NCBI RefSeq assembly: GCF_963921235.1
Contig: NC_086109.1
Coordinates: forward strand, 20,958,001 to 21,022,000
DNA length: 64,000 nt
Direction of reading: 5' to 3'
DNA from: Mobula hypostoma
Taxonomy: Eukaryota
A program made the position numbers and the translations under genes. The notes under the pieces were generated by a model. That model worked only from the letters and a program-made list of their open reading frames with translations, was not told where the DNA came from and did no database searches. This document shows positions 37,851 to 50,688 of the stretch, piece after piece. Each line of letters starts with the position of its first letter. The first letter of the stretch is position 1.

Positions 37851-39804
37851 CACTAACATATGTCATGAAATTTGTTTTGTAGCAAGACATAAAAAATTAC
37901 AATAAATTTCAATAAAAAGTGGAAAAAGTAACTAGTGCAAAAGAGGAATAGGGAGGCAGTGTTCATGGATTCATGAATTGTTCAGAAATCTCATGGTAGA
38001 GGGTAAGCAGCTGTTCCTAAAACCTGGTATGTAGTCTTCATTCTACAACCCTCTGCAGCATCATTTGTTTCAGTGCAGTGATAAATAGGGAATATGAAAG
38101 ATCCACACTTCCTGTATCAACTGCACATTCTAACCCCTCCAGTTATCTTGAAAGGTGTGCACAGCAGATGCCCCTGTACCAGGCCCAACAGACACACTAG
38201 ATCATCGAAGGGAGCCAGCCAGTTTAACGAACAGAAGAGATAGGAAGAGTAGACTGTCTGCCCCTCAACTTGCTTCGCTATTCACTGATCTGATCTTCCC
38301 TCTGTTTCATTTTCCTGCCCTGTAACCTTTGACTCCACTCTAGATCAGAAATATTTCTTGGCCTTAAACATCCAATAATTCAGTCTCCATACTTCACTGA
38401 AGTAGAGAATTACAGACTTCCAACTCCCTGAATGAAGAACCTTCTCCTCAACTCTACTTTAAATGGAAAACTGCATACTCTGAGTGTAAGCCCTTTGTCT
38501 CAGACTCCCTCAGAAGAGGAAGCCTTCTCCCAACCAGAACAACCATCTCCATGGGCTTCATGTACACTGAACTCAAAAATATAGAGAACTCGTTTTCAAC
38601 TGCAGAACTTTAAGCCAAATATGTTGCACTTTTAAAGAAAGTGGTGTATTATACCAAATCTGTGCAGAACAAGTTCCCTTGTCCATGAATGAAATATTGA
38701 CTCAATAATAGTTAAAAATGACACAGCAATGCAGCAGGTAGAGCTGCTGCTACACAAATCCAACCACTTAACCTGACCTCAAGTGCTGTTGGTAGAATTT
38801 GCATCTTCTTGCTGTACAATATATGGGCTTCTTTGGGTGCTCCAGTTTCCTCCATCACCTCAAAGACCTGCTGCTGATATGGCCACAGTAAATCATCTCC
38901 ACTGTAGGAAGGTGGCACAATGGCGGGCCAGTTGCAACTGCATAGGCCAAGTGGCCTCACTCTATGTCTTAAGGAAATATGAGAATATGAGATAGTTAAA
39001 TATCTGTCAGGACGTGGGAGGGGGTTCATCACTTTTCTTTGAAACACTGAAATAGGAAGATTTTTTTATGATCAACAGACTGCAAGTTCAGGTTCATGTT
39101 TCCTCCACAAAGAGCCATGTTAGTCGGAATGTGCTTCACCAGTATTACTCTAAAATGCTATCCTTGGTTTTATATTCAAGTACCGGCGGTATAATTTGAA
39201 CACAGAACCTACTAATTCAGAAATGAAAGTGCTGCCAGTGGGGTAAACCAAATCCTGTCGAGATTACCTTGGCTTTTCCTGGATTGTACCACATGACTCC
39301 ATTGCCATTGATGTACTATGCCACATTGCTATGCCCTACTGTTATTGAAATGTAATGTAATGTGCCAGATTGTCACACAACCATGCTGTGCCGTGCTCAT
39401 CTTTGCAATACATCTCTCAACTGGGGCATCACTTTGCAAAATGAGTTCCCATTGAGATGCAGCTTTGGAGCTGTGGTACTAAACTTCATTACCTAGTTAG
39501 GCTGGATGGTATATGCAGCTGATGCTATAAAAACTGTAACAATGGTGAAAGCCTATGAGGAATCTGGTCTGTGGGTGGAATACCCTATGCTTGAGGGAGA
39601 AAATTATGGGAGCAGATTAATACCCATCTCACAAGGAAAATAACAATCCATAGCACTTTACAGACAATTTTGCAATCATTACTGTAATATAGGGGAAAAG
39701 AATCATAGAATTTTACTGCATTTGTCCATGCTGGCTCTTTGAAAATAAAACAATTTGTTTTATTTCTTTCATAGGCCTGCAAAAGTTTACTCTTCTAATA
39801 TTTA

Positions 39805-39962
39805 AGCAACACACACAAAATACTGGAGGAATTCAGCAGGCCAGGCGGCATCTATGGCAATTTGTGTGTTTCCGTAGATGCTGCCCGGTTTGCTGAGTTC
39901 TTCCAGCATTTTGTGTATGTTACTTAGATTTCCGGCATCTGCAGATTTTCTCTTGTTTGTGA
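39805..39962. mobile_element. Compact hairpin Penelope-derived element
   Basis: Arms of about 50 bp (GCAACACACACAAAATACTGG..GCATCTATGG and CCGTAGATGCTGCC..CCAGCATTTTGTGTATGTT) separated by a short spacer. Confidence 0.85.
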
Positions 39963-40849
39963 TAGGCTCTTCTAATATCTGTTTCCCTTTTGAGAATTAC
40001 TGTAATTTGCTTCTGCCAGCCTTTCGGAATTTATATTCTAATCTTAGCAATTCATTATATAAATAAAGTTGTCCTCCCCCTTGACTTTTGAGCCAACCAA
40101 CATATTTATCCTCTGCTTATCATCCCCCTAGGCATTGGAAACACCATCTTCCTATTTTCTGTAATGAAGCAATTCAGAACTTGAAAAATCTATTTTAAGT
40201 TTCCCTTAGCTTTCTTGCTGTCTGGAGAACAGTCCAGTATTTCCAGTCTCTCTACCTGAGTGAAATTCCTCATATCAAATATCATTCCCATAAACCTGTG
40301 TTGCAAGGTGTTGACATATTCACTGAAGTGTGGTACAAATCATTGGTACAAATCATTGGAACGACTGATCCAGATGTTTCTTATCATCCTTGATCCAATA
40401 ACTTGTTCCCCCTCTTCTGGATAGTGTCCAATTTACAAAAGGCAAAAGCAAATAACATGCATGAATGAGAGAAGCAGCAGTATTGCCCTGTATTTTTCAC
40501 TCCACCATGCTCTAACGTGCTAAAGTTGAACAGAGAAATGTGTCAGAATGTGAAACTGAAAGTAGAAAGATCTGCATATCTATAAACTAAACACCCAAAG
40601 GATATTGTTGGACAAAAGCTCAGACTGGTTACTTGCAGAATTTCATAATAATTAAGGATTTTTTGACATCTCACTCATGCCTATTCTACATGTCTGATCA
40701 TATATTACAAATGTTAACAAAAACTGTGCAATCATAGCATCAGGAGGGATGTATGAATCAATGCCTTGAAATCAAAACCTTTAATGTATGATCACTTTAA
40801 TCCACTCTTTTCCTCTTTTAGGTATTATTTAACTTGCTACTGCACAGAA

Positions 40850-41295
40850 TCACAATAAGCTGCAGAGCTGTAAACTCAGTCAGCTCCATCATGGGCACTA
40901 GCCTCTATATTATCCATGATATGTGCAAGGAGTAATGCTTCAAAAAAGCATCATCTGTCATTAAGAACCCCCATCACCCAGGATATGCTTTGTTCTCATT
41001 GCTACCATCAGGAAGGAGGTACAGGACTCTGAAGGCACACACTTTACAATTCAGGAATAGTTTCTTCCCCTCTGCCATCCAATTTCTGAATGGACATTGA
41101 ACCCATGAATACTACCTCACTAATTTTTTATTTCTATTTTTATTTTTTAACACTACTAGTTTAATTTAATTATATATATATATTTCCTGTATTTCAAGTT
41201 TTTCTCTCTATTATTGTGTATTGCACTGTACTGCTGCCGCAAAGACAACAAATTTCATGACATACGCCAGTGACATTAAAACTGATTCTGATTGT
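40850..41295 (+). mobile_element. Rex1/Babar-type 3' fragment; similar fragments at about 45415-45870(-) and 49750-50130(-)
   Basis: IKNPHHPG..LFSLLPSGRRYR..FRNSFFP.AI motif and an ATTCTGATT-type tail. Confidence 0.8.
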
Positions 41296-42483
41296 GTATT
41301 TCAGATCTGATTTTAACTCTTTAAAACACATACCTTTAACTTTACTCACACAAAAATGCAGAAACACTAGAATTTTAGAATGGTATTAGTACAGAAGGCC
41401 ATTTGGCTCTCTATAACATAAATGTAGCTAACTCGTTTCCCCGTCTCTTTCTCCTTAGCTCTGCAATGTTTTCCTTCCGTATATCTAATTTCCTTTTGAA
41501 GGGCACAATTGGATCTGCCTCCACCACTCCTGTCAGGCAATATTTCAGATACTAACCACTCGCAGATTAGCGAATTTTCCTCAGTCATCTTTGCTTCCTT
41601 TGCTAATCAACTTGATTCAGAGTCCTCTGGTTTTCAATCATTTCAGCTCTAGGCACACCTTCTCTCCCTATTGGCCCAGTTGCTTTGAACACCCATGTCA
41701 TATCTCCTCTCTCTGCTGCAAGAAGAATAATCCTGGAATCTCGATCTTTACTAAATGCACACCATCCTTGGATTAATACATCTTTTCTCTCTAAGGACTT
41801 CATATCCTTACTAATATGTCCTGACCAGAATTGGATACAGTACTCTAGTTATGACCAAACCCATGTTTTATGAAACTTCATAATAATTTCCTCACCGTTG
41901 TACTTCATGCCTCTATTTTGTGTGTCTACAGTAATGGTTTATATGCTCAAACACCCATGGCTCTTTGTTCATTCATTTCTTTTTAAGTTATACCCTTCAT
42001 ATCACATTGATATTTTTCCACCAGAATATATAGTCATAGAATCCTAGAACACTACAGCACAGAAACAAAGTGTTCAGCCCATCTAGTCCATGCTGAACTG
42101 TTATTCTGATTAGTCCTATTAACCCTGCACCCAAACCATAAACCTCTATATCCCTCCCATCCATGTACTTCTCTTCAATGCTAAAATCGAACCCACATCC
42201 ACCACTTCTGCTGGCAGTTCTTTCCCCTCTCACTATCCTCCAAGTGAAGAGAGAAGTAATAGAAGTTATATAACGGTGAAAGGTGATATAACACCAAACT
42301 TTGCTGTGTGAGATTTCATTTGCCAGGCCCACCAAATTCACCAGTCTACGACAACACAAATGTATCCCTGGTATTAATGTGTTTTTAGTAAAACAGTCAT
42401 ATTCCATGCAAAGAGTGTGGGCAGACAAGCTGTTACCTTCTCCTTAACTTGAGACCCTTCCAAGTTAGGAAATGATAGGCATG

Positions 42484-42555
42484 CAGTACTGTGCAAAAGT
42501 CGTGGGCACATATACAGTATATAGCTAGGGTCCCCAAGACGTTTGCAGAATACTG
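42484..42555. mobile_element. 72-bp Tc1-type mini-MITE
   Basis: CAGTACTGTGCAAAAGTC ... GACGTTTGCAGAATACTG|TA inverted termini. Confidence 0.75.
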
Positions 42556-43789
42556 TATTTGTCAAAATGGAACAGAGAGGGAGTTCGTAAATCTGGTGGG
42601 AGCAAAGGATGTTGGGAATGGTGAGGGTGGAGCACCATAGGAGGGGTGTGGGACAGTGGCAGAGAAGGCATGCCAGGGAAATGGGTTGGTGCAGGTGTAG
42701 ACACCAGGCAAGGTAATTTGATTCCAAATAATTGGTTTATTATCATTTCTGAGTTATCTCTGTGGTACTTCCTGCTCCCTCCCTTCTCCCTTCCCCTTTC
42801 CCCTTTCCCCAACCATGATTCCCTTCTCCCTGCCCCCTTCCCACTCTCCGTCCACAATAGAGACCCATATCAAAGTCAGGTTTGCCATCTCTCACAGAAG
42901 GGTGGCAGGGTAGTGTAGTGGTTAGCACAATGCTTTACTGTACAGTGATCCGGGTTCAATTCCCACCACTGCCTGTAAGGAATCTGGATGTTCTAACTTT
43001 GATGCTTCTTGATACGTGTAGATGCCAACAATAGCTCAAAGGATAGATCTCACACTTGATTCATAAGTTTGATTGTTGGAGAATGATACTCCAGAGATAG
43101 ATATGTCAAATATATTCTAATCTGATAATCCAAGGTGTACTTCATAGTGAAACTGCATATTTTTGGTTGTGGCATTAGGTTATCCAATTTGCCTTCCTAG
43201 GTGGAGGTAAAAGGTTCCTATTCATTTTGAGGATCTACTCTTAGTAATAGTGCATACAAAACATCAAAGATGCTTTCAAAATTCTTCTTATTCATTACTA
43301 CCTTCAGGGAAGAGAACCGACCATCCTTACACCAGGTCCTCCAATATAGTTGACTCTTATTTGCCTCAGCAGTTCAATTAGAGACAAATAGTAACTGTTT
43401 ATGTTGCCAGTAATGTTCACATCCCATATAAGATATAAAAAATAACCTTTTTGGTAATATCTGTCCATCAAAGGGCATTAACTTTAAAGACTGGTCCCGA
43501 TCACAATGCTATACAAAGCACAATGACGTTGTGGTTCTTTCATTGCAACTACTTCACCTCTGCCTGTGAAATGTAAGATGTTGTGAGATGTTTATGAAAA
43601 GCAAATTATAAATGCATTTTCTGCCTCTTAAATTATTGATAGCAGCAAATTCATTTATGTTGAAATAACAACTAGTGGATATAGGTGTGTGATCATTATG
43701 ATTTGTATAAGACTACAATCCAGGATTGCCAAATATCAATTTCCATTTGTGATGGGAATCCATTGTAACATTTGCAAAATAGATATCTT

Positions 43790-44310
43790 CCATTCTGGTT
43801 CTGACGTGTTGATCCATGGTCTCCTCTTGTACCTAGATGAGGTCACCCACAGGATGGAGGAGCAATACCTTATATTCTATCTTGGTACCCTCCAACCTGA
43901 TGGAATGAATATTGATTTCCCCTCCTGGTAAACAAATCCCCCTCCACTTTCCTTAATTCCCCACTCTGACCTTTTACTTTTTCTCACCTGCTATTACTTC
44001 CCCTGGGTCCCCTCCTTCCCTTTCCCCTATTGTCCACTCTCCTCTCCTATCAGATTCTTTCTTCTGCAGCCTTTGACCTTTCCCACCCACTTGGCTTCAC
44101 CTATCACCTTCCAGCTGGCCTCTTTCCCCTCTCCCCACCTTTTCATTCTGACATCTTCCCCCTTCCTTCTCAGTCCTGAAGAAGGATCTCGGCCCAAAAC
44201 GTCAACTGCCTATTGTTTTCCAGGGATGCTGCCTGACCTGCAGAGTTCCTCCAGTATTTTGTGTGTGATGGTTTAGATTTCCAGCACCTGCAGAGTTTCT
44301 TGTGTTTGAG
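43790..44310 (+). mobile_element. Penelope-like 3' fragment
   Basis: HGLLLYLDE..RMEEQYLIFYLGTLQPDGMNIDF, pyrimidine-rich UTR and terminus. Confidence 0.9.
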
Positions 44311-46424
44311 GTATCTCCCACTCTCTCATTTGTGCAAAATACTCCAGATGTTAACAATCCAAAGCACTGAGACAGTCGAGCTGAATCCCTGAAGCTCAGA
44401 GTAAGATACAGATTGGGATTGATATTGTGTGATCTGGCAAACAAATAAATGGAGTGATATCATAGATTGGGTCCCTTCAATGCTGAGCACGCATAAACAG
44501 TAGCACAGGTGGTCCATGAATCCATGTCTTTGGCTACGCAGACTGGAGTCTGTTGGCTGCAGTAATTTTATGGTTGAGAATGTCAGCATTCGATGGAGCG
44601 ATGCTCTTGCATGACTATAGTCAGTTGACCCCCATCTATGTTATATATGTTCCCTGATTAACACTATTGAATGATATGTCATTTGTGACTTTAATAATAA
44701 AAAAGTATTACTTCCTCAGGTCTATGTACATTTCCCATTTTTTTATTGTTCCACCATTGACAGGTGAAGCCTGCAATTAAACTGATTTATGCAAAAGTTA
44801 GGAAGAACGCAATGTTCAAGGACTTTGAAAAGTCTGGACATGAGGAAATATTTTGCAAGGACAAAGAGAGGTAATGACAGCAGATGGAAAGGGAAGAGAG
44901 ATCCTATATAATAAGAATGATAAAAAAAATTGTCACGAACACCATCATTAAGTTGTCTGTCAGTTCACCTTATCTCATCTTTTTTGGCTAATGGCCCTAC
45001 GCTTCTATAGCTCCTGATAGCTGCATCCTTTCAGTTCTGATAATGTTCCCATGATTCTTATCTCCATACATTTCAATGCTTCACTGACCTTGCATTTTAA
45101 ATTGAAGATCAGAACTGCATGATCTAGACAAGGGTCTTTATATATTTATCAGTATTGCATTCCTTTTGAAATCAGCAAGTGATTAGGAAGGTAAATAGTA
45201 TGTTGGCCTTTATCACAAATGGATGTGAGTGCAGGACTAAAGACAACTTACTTCAGTAATGTATTACTGTAGCGAGACTGCACCCACTGGGTTGGAGTTT
45301 TCTTCTCCTCACCTTCAAAGTAATATCTTTGACATGAAGTGTGTACAGCGAAGATTCTCTGGTCTGCCTCAAAAATGGTGAGTTTGCCTTATGAGCCTGA
45401 GGGTGTTTTCTCTAAAATTCAAAGTAAATTTATTATCCAGGTAGGTATGCGTCACCATATATCAAAGTAGGTAGAGTAGAACACAGAAATACAATAGAAT
45501 TAATGAAAAATACACACTAAGTCTGGCAAACAAACAATGCGCAAAAGAAGGCAATCTGTGCAACTACAAAAACAAAAAATAATTAATAAATAAATGATGA
45601 GACCATGAGTGGTAGAATCCTTGAAAGTGAGTTCATAGGTTGTGGAATCAGTCCAGTGTTGAGGTGAGTGAGGTTATCCACACTGGTTCAGGAGCCTGAT
45701 GGTTGAACGGTAGTATCTGTTCTTGAACCTGGTGGGGTAGGGCCTCGGGCTCCTGTGCCTCCTTCCAAGAACAGAGCATGGGCTGGATGGTGAGGGTACT
45801 TGATATGGATGCTGCTTTCTCGTGGCAGCACTGTATAGGGGACTTTTCCTGTGGTGGACTGGGGACTGTATCTAGTGTGAAGAATTTTGAAGAGATCACA
45901 TTGAAACCTACAAAAATTTGACAGGGCTTGGCAATGTGTTTCTCCTGGCCTAAGCTGGAACCAGCAAAGGGATGGGCCATTTGTTGCTGAGAAGTTGAAT
46001 TCCTTCATACAGATGGTGGTGAATGTTTTGAATTCTTTACTATGGAGAGCTGCAGAAGTTCAGTCATCAAATTCAATCAACACAATGATTGATGGATTTT
46101 TGAATTTCCCAAGAGTCAAGTAATATGGGACTATCACGGGATAATGGTGGTGCGGTAGAAGAACTACTTAATTCTGCTACTATTTCTTATGCAGAAGTTA
46201 ATGCTGGGACTTTTTTCACAGACTGCCTGACCATTTTTGCATTGATATTTGGAAAATGGCTGTCAAATTTTCTGAACTACAAAAGCAACAATATTCAAAT
46301 GTACTGTACTGTCTATAAAACATATAGGAAATTGAGGTTGCAGAAGTTGTATATAAGCACGGGTTCTTTCTTTTTTCATTCTTTATGGCTTCATTAGATG
46401 ATATAATTTTCAATAATTTATTAT

Positions 46425-47000
46425 AGCATAGAAACAGGCCCTTCAATCCATCTTGTCTGTGCCAAACCGTTACTCTGCCTAGTCCCATCAACCAGCAGGC
46501 ACATGGACCATAGTCTCCATGTCCCTCCCATCCATGTTCTTATCCAACCTTCTCTTAAATGTTGCATTGAAACCCACATCCACCATTTCTGTCAGCTTTT
46601 CTAACACTAACCTGCCGAAGGGTCTCGGCCCAAAACGTCGACTGTACTTTTTTCCACAGATGCTGTCTGGCCTGCTGTGTTCCTCCAGCATTTTATGCGT
46701 GTGGCTTAGATTGCCAGCATCCGCGGATTTTCCCTTGATCCCGAGTTTCTCCTCAAGAAAGGAGTTCCCCCCTTTCCCTCTACACCTAGTTCTAATCTCA
46801 CCCAACCTCAGTGGAAAAAGTCTGCTTGTATTTACCCTATCTTTACCCCTCATAATTTTGTATACCTCCATCATATCCCCCCTCACTCCCCTACACTCCA
46901 GGGATTAAAATCCTAACCTTTTCAATGTTTCCATATAAATCAGGTCCTTAAGTCCCGACAACATCCGTGTAAAATTTATCCGTGCTCTTTCAATCCTATA
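46425..47000 (-). mobile_element. CR1 3' fragment with nested Penelope terminus (46611-46740, + strand)
   Basis: MRGDMMEVYKIMRG.DRV; the insert reads GAAGGGTCTCGGCCCAAAACGTCGACTG...GCATCCGCGGATTTTCCC. Confidence 0.85.
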
Positions 47001-47639
47001 TAATTTTCTCCTTTATTTCATCTTAAAGAACACAATCGGAAAAAAACTAATTAAGTTATTGGATCTTTTAAAGGTTGCAAGCTCCCCACGTGTGATCTGC
47101 CACAATCTTTACGCAACCAATGTTTCCTGTTGTAAGTTAAATTTTGACTATCGTTACTCCCCCTGCTTTACAAAACCATTGGATGATTGTGTGTCTAGGA
47201 ATGATACTTTGAATGATATATAACCTATTATGGTTGAAATGAGTTGCTATGGGCTGGTTAATTTTTATCCCTGGTAGGTTGCCTTGACCCTGGCGAGAAT
47301 GCATTGCAAAGAAGTGAAAAAGGCACTACAATTTTAAGGGAGAAAGGAGGGGAAAGTCGCCAAGTTGCAGGCCAGTGATTCCCACACACAACAAAATATG
47401 TGCCCATTGAAAAACTTATACAGCATTTCTCCAAACCTGGGTGTGCCCAGTGCAACATAGCAAGTGCTCCGTCAAGCAAGCTGGCAACGAAAATCAGTAT
47501 AAGGCGCAATTTAAACTCCAGTGTTCCCAATTCGAATTCATAACCTGTTGGTCACCAGAGTACCCACATCCCCATTAAAACTTTAACGCCTTATATTAGA
47601 AATGTCCACAACACTTCTGCAGGCCTTATTCTTGTTCTA

Positions 47640-47700
47640 CAATCCTATTGGCTTGTCATTGCTGATTGACAGCAGCCAACCAGATCTATTGGTGGAGACG
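47640..47700. promoter_or_regulatory. PBX/PREP(MEIS) decamer flanked by CCAAT boxes
   Basis: ATTGG 47647-47651, TGTCA 47654-47658, TGATTGACAG 47663-47672, ATTGG 47688-47692. Confidence 0.55.
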
Positions 47701-48089
47701 CTAGGTCATCAGAGCTGCTGCAGACCGATTGTATGGGATAACTAGTTCTGCAACATTCTTTCCAGGCGAGTCAGTTTGTTTTGTTTGGCTTTATTTGGAA
47801 AACATGCAGCCTTATATAAATATAATTCTGATTCTGAAAAATTAGTTTCTTCTGGAGGGCCTGTGGTCCAGTGAAAACAAGGAACTAAAACAAAACAGTT
47901 TAAAAAAAAAGTATTCAAAAGATTGGTGAAACCGAAAGCCAATAGCTCCAAGAATCTGATGACCTACATCCGTTTTTGAGTGAGGTTTTTTTTTTACAAA
48001 ATTCTAGTTTTTGCAGGCTGGAGTGTAGCATATGTGATTGGACTATGCAAGAAAGTGGGGGCAACATCAGCAACAGGGAATGCTGGAAT

Positions 48090-48495
48090 CTATAGAAACA
48101 TAGAAAACCTACATCACAATACAGACCCTTCAGCCCACAAAGCTGTGCTGAGCATGTCCTTACCTTAGAAATTACCTCAGGTTACCCATAGCCCTCTATT
48201 TTTCTAAGCTCCATATATCTATCCAGGAGTCTCTTAAGAGACCCTATTGTATCCGCCTCCACCACCATCGCCAGCACTCACCACTCTCTGCATAAAAAAA
48301 CTTATCCCTGATATCTCCTCTGTACCTACTTGCAAGCACCTTAACACTGTGCCCTCTCGTGCTAGCCATTTCAGCCCTGGGAAAAAGCCTCTGACTATCC
48401 ACACGATCAATGCCTCCCATTATCTTATCAGGTCATCTCTCATCCTCTGTCGCTCCAAGGAAAAAAGGCCGAGTTCACTCAACCTATTCTCATAT
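48090..48495 (-). mobile_element. CR1 3' fragment
   Basis: Reverse tail TATAGAAACATAGAA and CR1 ORF2 C-terminal remnants. Confidence 0.8.
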
Positions 48496-48997
48496 AATGG
48501 AAGAATTCCATAACAGAACATCGTGAAGAACAATGGCACTGAGCACGTCTGACCAATCTAATGAATGTGGCTAATGAAAGATTTAACGATTCAAACTAAT
48601 AATGAAGAACCAGTGGATGTTGTATATTTTCAGAAGGCTCTTGATAGATTCCATAAAAGTGTTTGGTCAGCAAGAATGGACCACTTGGAACTGGGCATAA
48701 TACACTAACGTGGATAGCAAATTGCCAGAGAAACAAAGGCGAGTGGGGTAGCCTGCGAATAGAGATTGGTGCTTGGGCCTATTTTTCACAAGTTATGCCA
48801 ACAGTCTGGCTCGGACCAAATGTCATATTTCTAGGTTTGCTGATGACACTAAATTGGGTGTGATTGTGAATAGGAGATAGGGTGTAAAGGGGCTTTGGGT
48901 GCAACTAAGAAATTAGTTGATAGAATGTAATTAGAAAAATGGGAGCTAAAGAGCTTTGTTCCAAATATAGAGTATTTTTAAATGCTGGTTTATTAGA

Positions 48998-49300
48998 GGT
49001 GTAAGGTGCACCTTCCCTCCGCTAGTTTGCAGGTCACCCTTGGTAAGGTGTAGCACCTGCTTTGCCCCCCAATCAGGGTCATGTGAAGCCATGGGAGCAG
49101 GTGATGGATATTACAAGTCCTGATTATGCCAGGCAATCTCTGAAGAGTATCCATAATGGCTGCGGATCATCCGTCCTGTAAAGACACTGCTCAGAAGGAG
49201 GAAATGGCAAACCACCTCTGTAGAAAAAAAAACCATGATCTGTAGAAAGACCACCATCGCCCACATCATACGACACAGCGCTTAACAAATAAATGATTGA
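48998..49300 (+). mobile_element. Short element with RTE/BovB-type 3' tail, nested in a decayed CR1 (about 48580-49750)
   Basis: GAAGGAGGAAATGGCAAACCAC motif characteristic of RTE-BovB 3' ends. Confidence 0.55.
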
Positions 49301-50373
49301 TTGGATAAGGTTTCTGTTCAAAGAGGCCAAGTCACTGAAAGACTACAATGCAGATGTTGCAAGCAAATGGTAAGGGGGCCTTTAATGCAAGTGAACAAAA
49401 CTACCAAAGTATATATGTCCTTATGCAATTATAAAAGTTCCTGATGAGAGGTCATGTGTATTATTGTATAATCTTTACATTTCCTTATCTTAAAAAGGGA
49501 TACCCTTGCCAAAGAGGGAATTCAGCATATGTTCACCGTATTGGTTTTCTGGATGGTGTTTTTGCCATATGAGGAGAGAGGGAGGAGAATAGCCCCTCAA
49601 TCTCTAGGATTTAGTGGAATGAGAAGTTGCAATGAGAAGATTACAGAATTGTTACAGAGCTTAACAGGCTGGATGTGTGAAGACTGTTCTCCAGGGCTGA
49701 GGAGTCTTAAACAAAGGTTCACGATCTCAGAAAATATGGTCGACCATTTAAAGCTGAGATCAAAATCAGATTTATTATCACTAACATATGCTTTGAAATG
49801 TGTTGTTTTGCAGCAGCAGTATAGAGCGAGGCATAAAATTACCACTAATTACAAAACTAAAGAGTGCAAAAGATGAATAATGAGTTCACAGAATAAACAG
49901 ATCAGCAATCTGATGGTCAGTTCTGTCCTGCATCCAGGATAGAACTGGCTGAGTCTATAACCTTGTTCAGCTTCTTGTGGTCCTGTGCTTTACAGCCTCC
50001 ATACCAGGCAGTGATCCCATCAGTCAGACCCTCCTCCACTGAATATCTGCAGAAATTTGCAAGTCTTTGGTAATATACCAAATCTCCTGAAACTCCTAAT
50101 GAGCTAGAGCCATTGGCATGCCTTCTTCATGAGATTCGGAGAAAGCTGTTCACTCTGAGGTGGAGAATCTTCTTGATATTTTTTCCTCTCTCCCAGAAGT
50201 GTGGAGGGCTCAGAGACTGATAGATTTAAAGGAATCAAGGAATGGGGGACTGGTGGAGGGAAATAGTCTTGAGAGGAAATAGACTTGAGATAGAAGAGTG
50301 ATCATGAGCTTGATGAATAGCAGAGCAACCTTGAAGGGCCAAATGGCCTATTTCTGTTCCTAATGAAAACCAA

Positions 50374-50688
50374 AGTAAAGGCATCCGTTAGTCTTGCGAG
50401 ATCATGGATCTGCGCCTGGAAAGTCTTCACTCTCCAGGGCGCAGGCCTCGGCAAGGTTGTATGGAAGACCAGCAGTTGCCCATGCTGCAAGTCTCCCCTC
50501 TCCACGACACCAATGTTGTCCAAGGGAAGGGCATTAGGACCCATACAGCTTGGCACCAGTGTCACCACAGAGCAATGTGTGATTAAGTGCCTTGCTCAAG
50601 GACACAACACGTTCCCTCGGCTGGGGCTCAAACTCACGACCTTCAGGTTGCTAGTCCAATGCCTTAACCACTTGGCCACATGTCCATA
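50374..50688 (-). mobile_element. tRNA-derived SINE, full length
   Basis: Same head and CORE-like domain as 32111-32342. 12-bp TSD AATGAAAACCAA at 50362-50373 and 50689-50700. Confidence 0.9.

Noticed and set aside
40331..40356. 13-bp tandem duplication TGGTACAAATCAT
   Set aside because: Local slippage within decayed repeat-like sequence; not an array.
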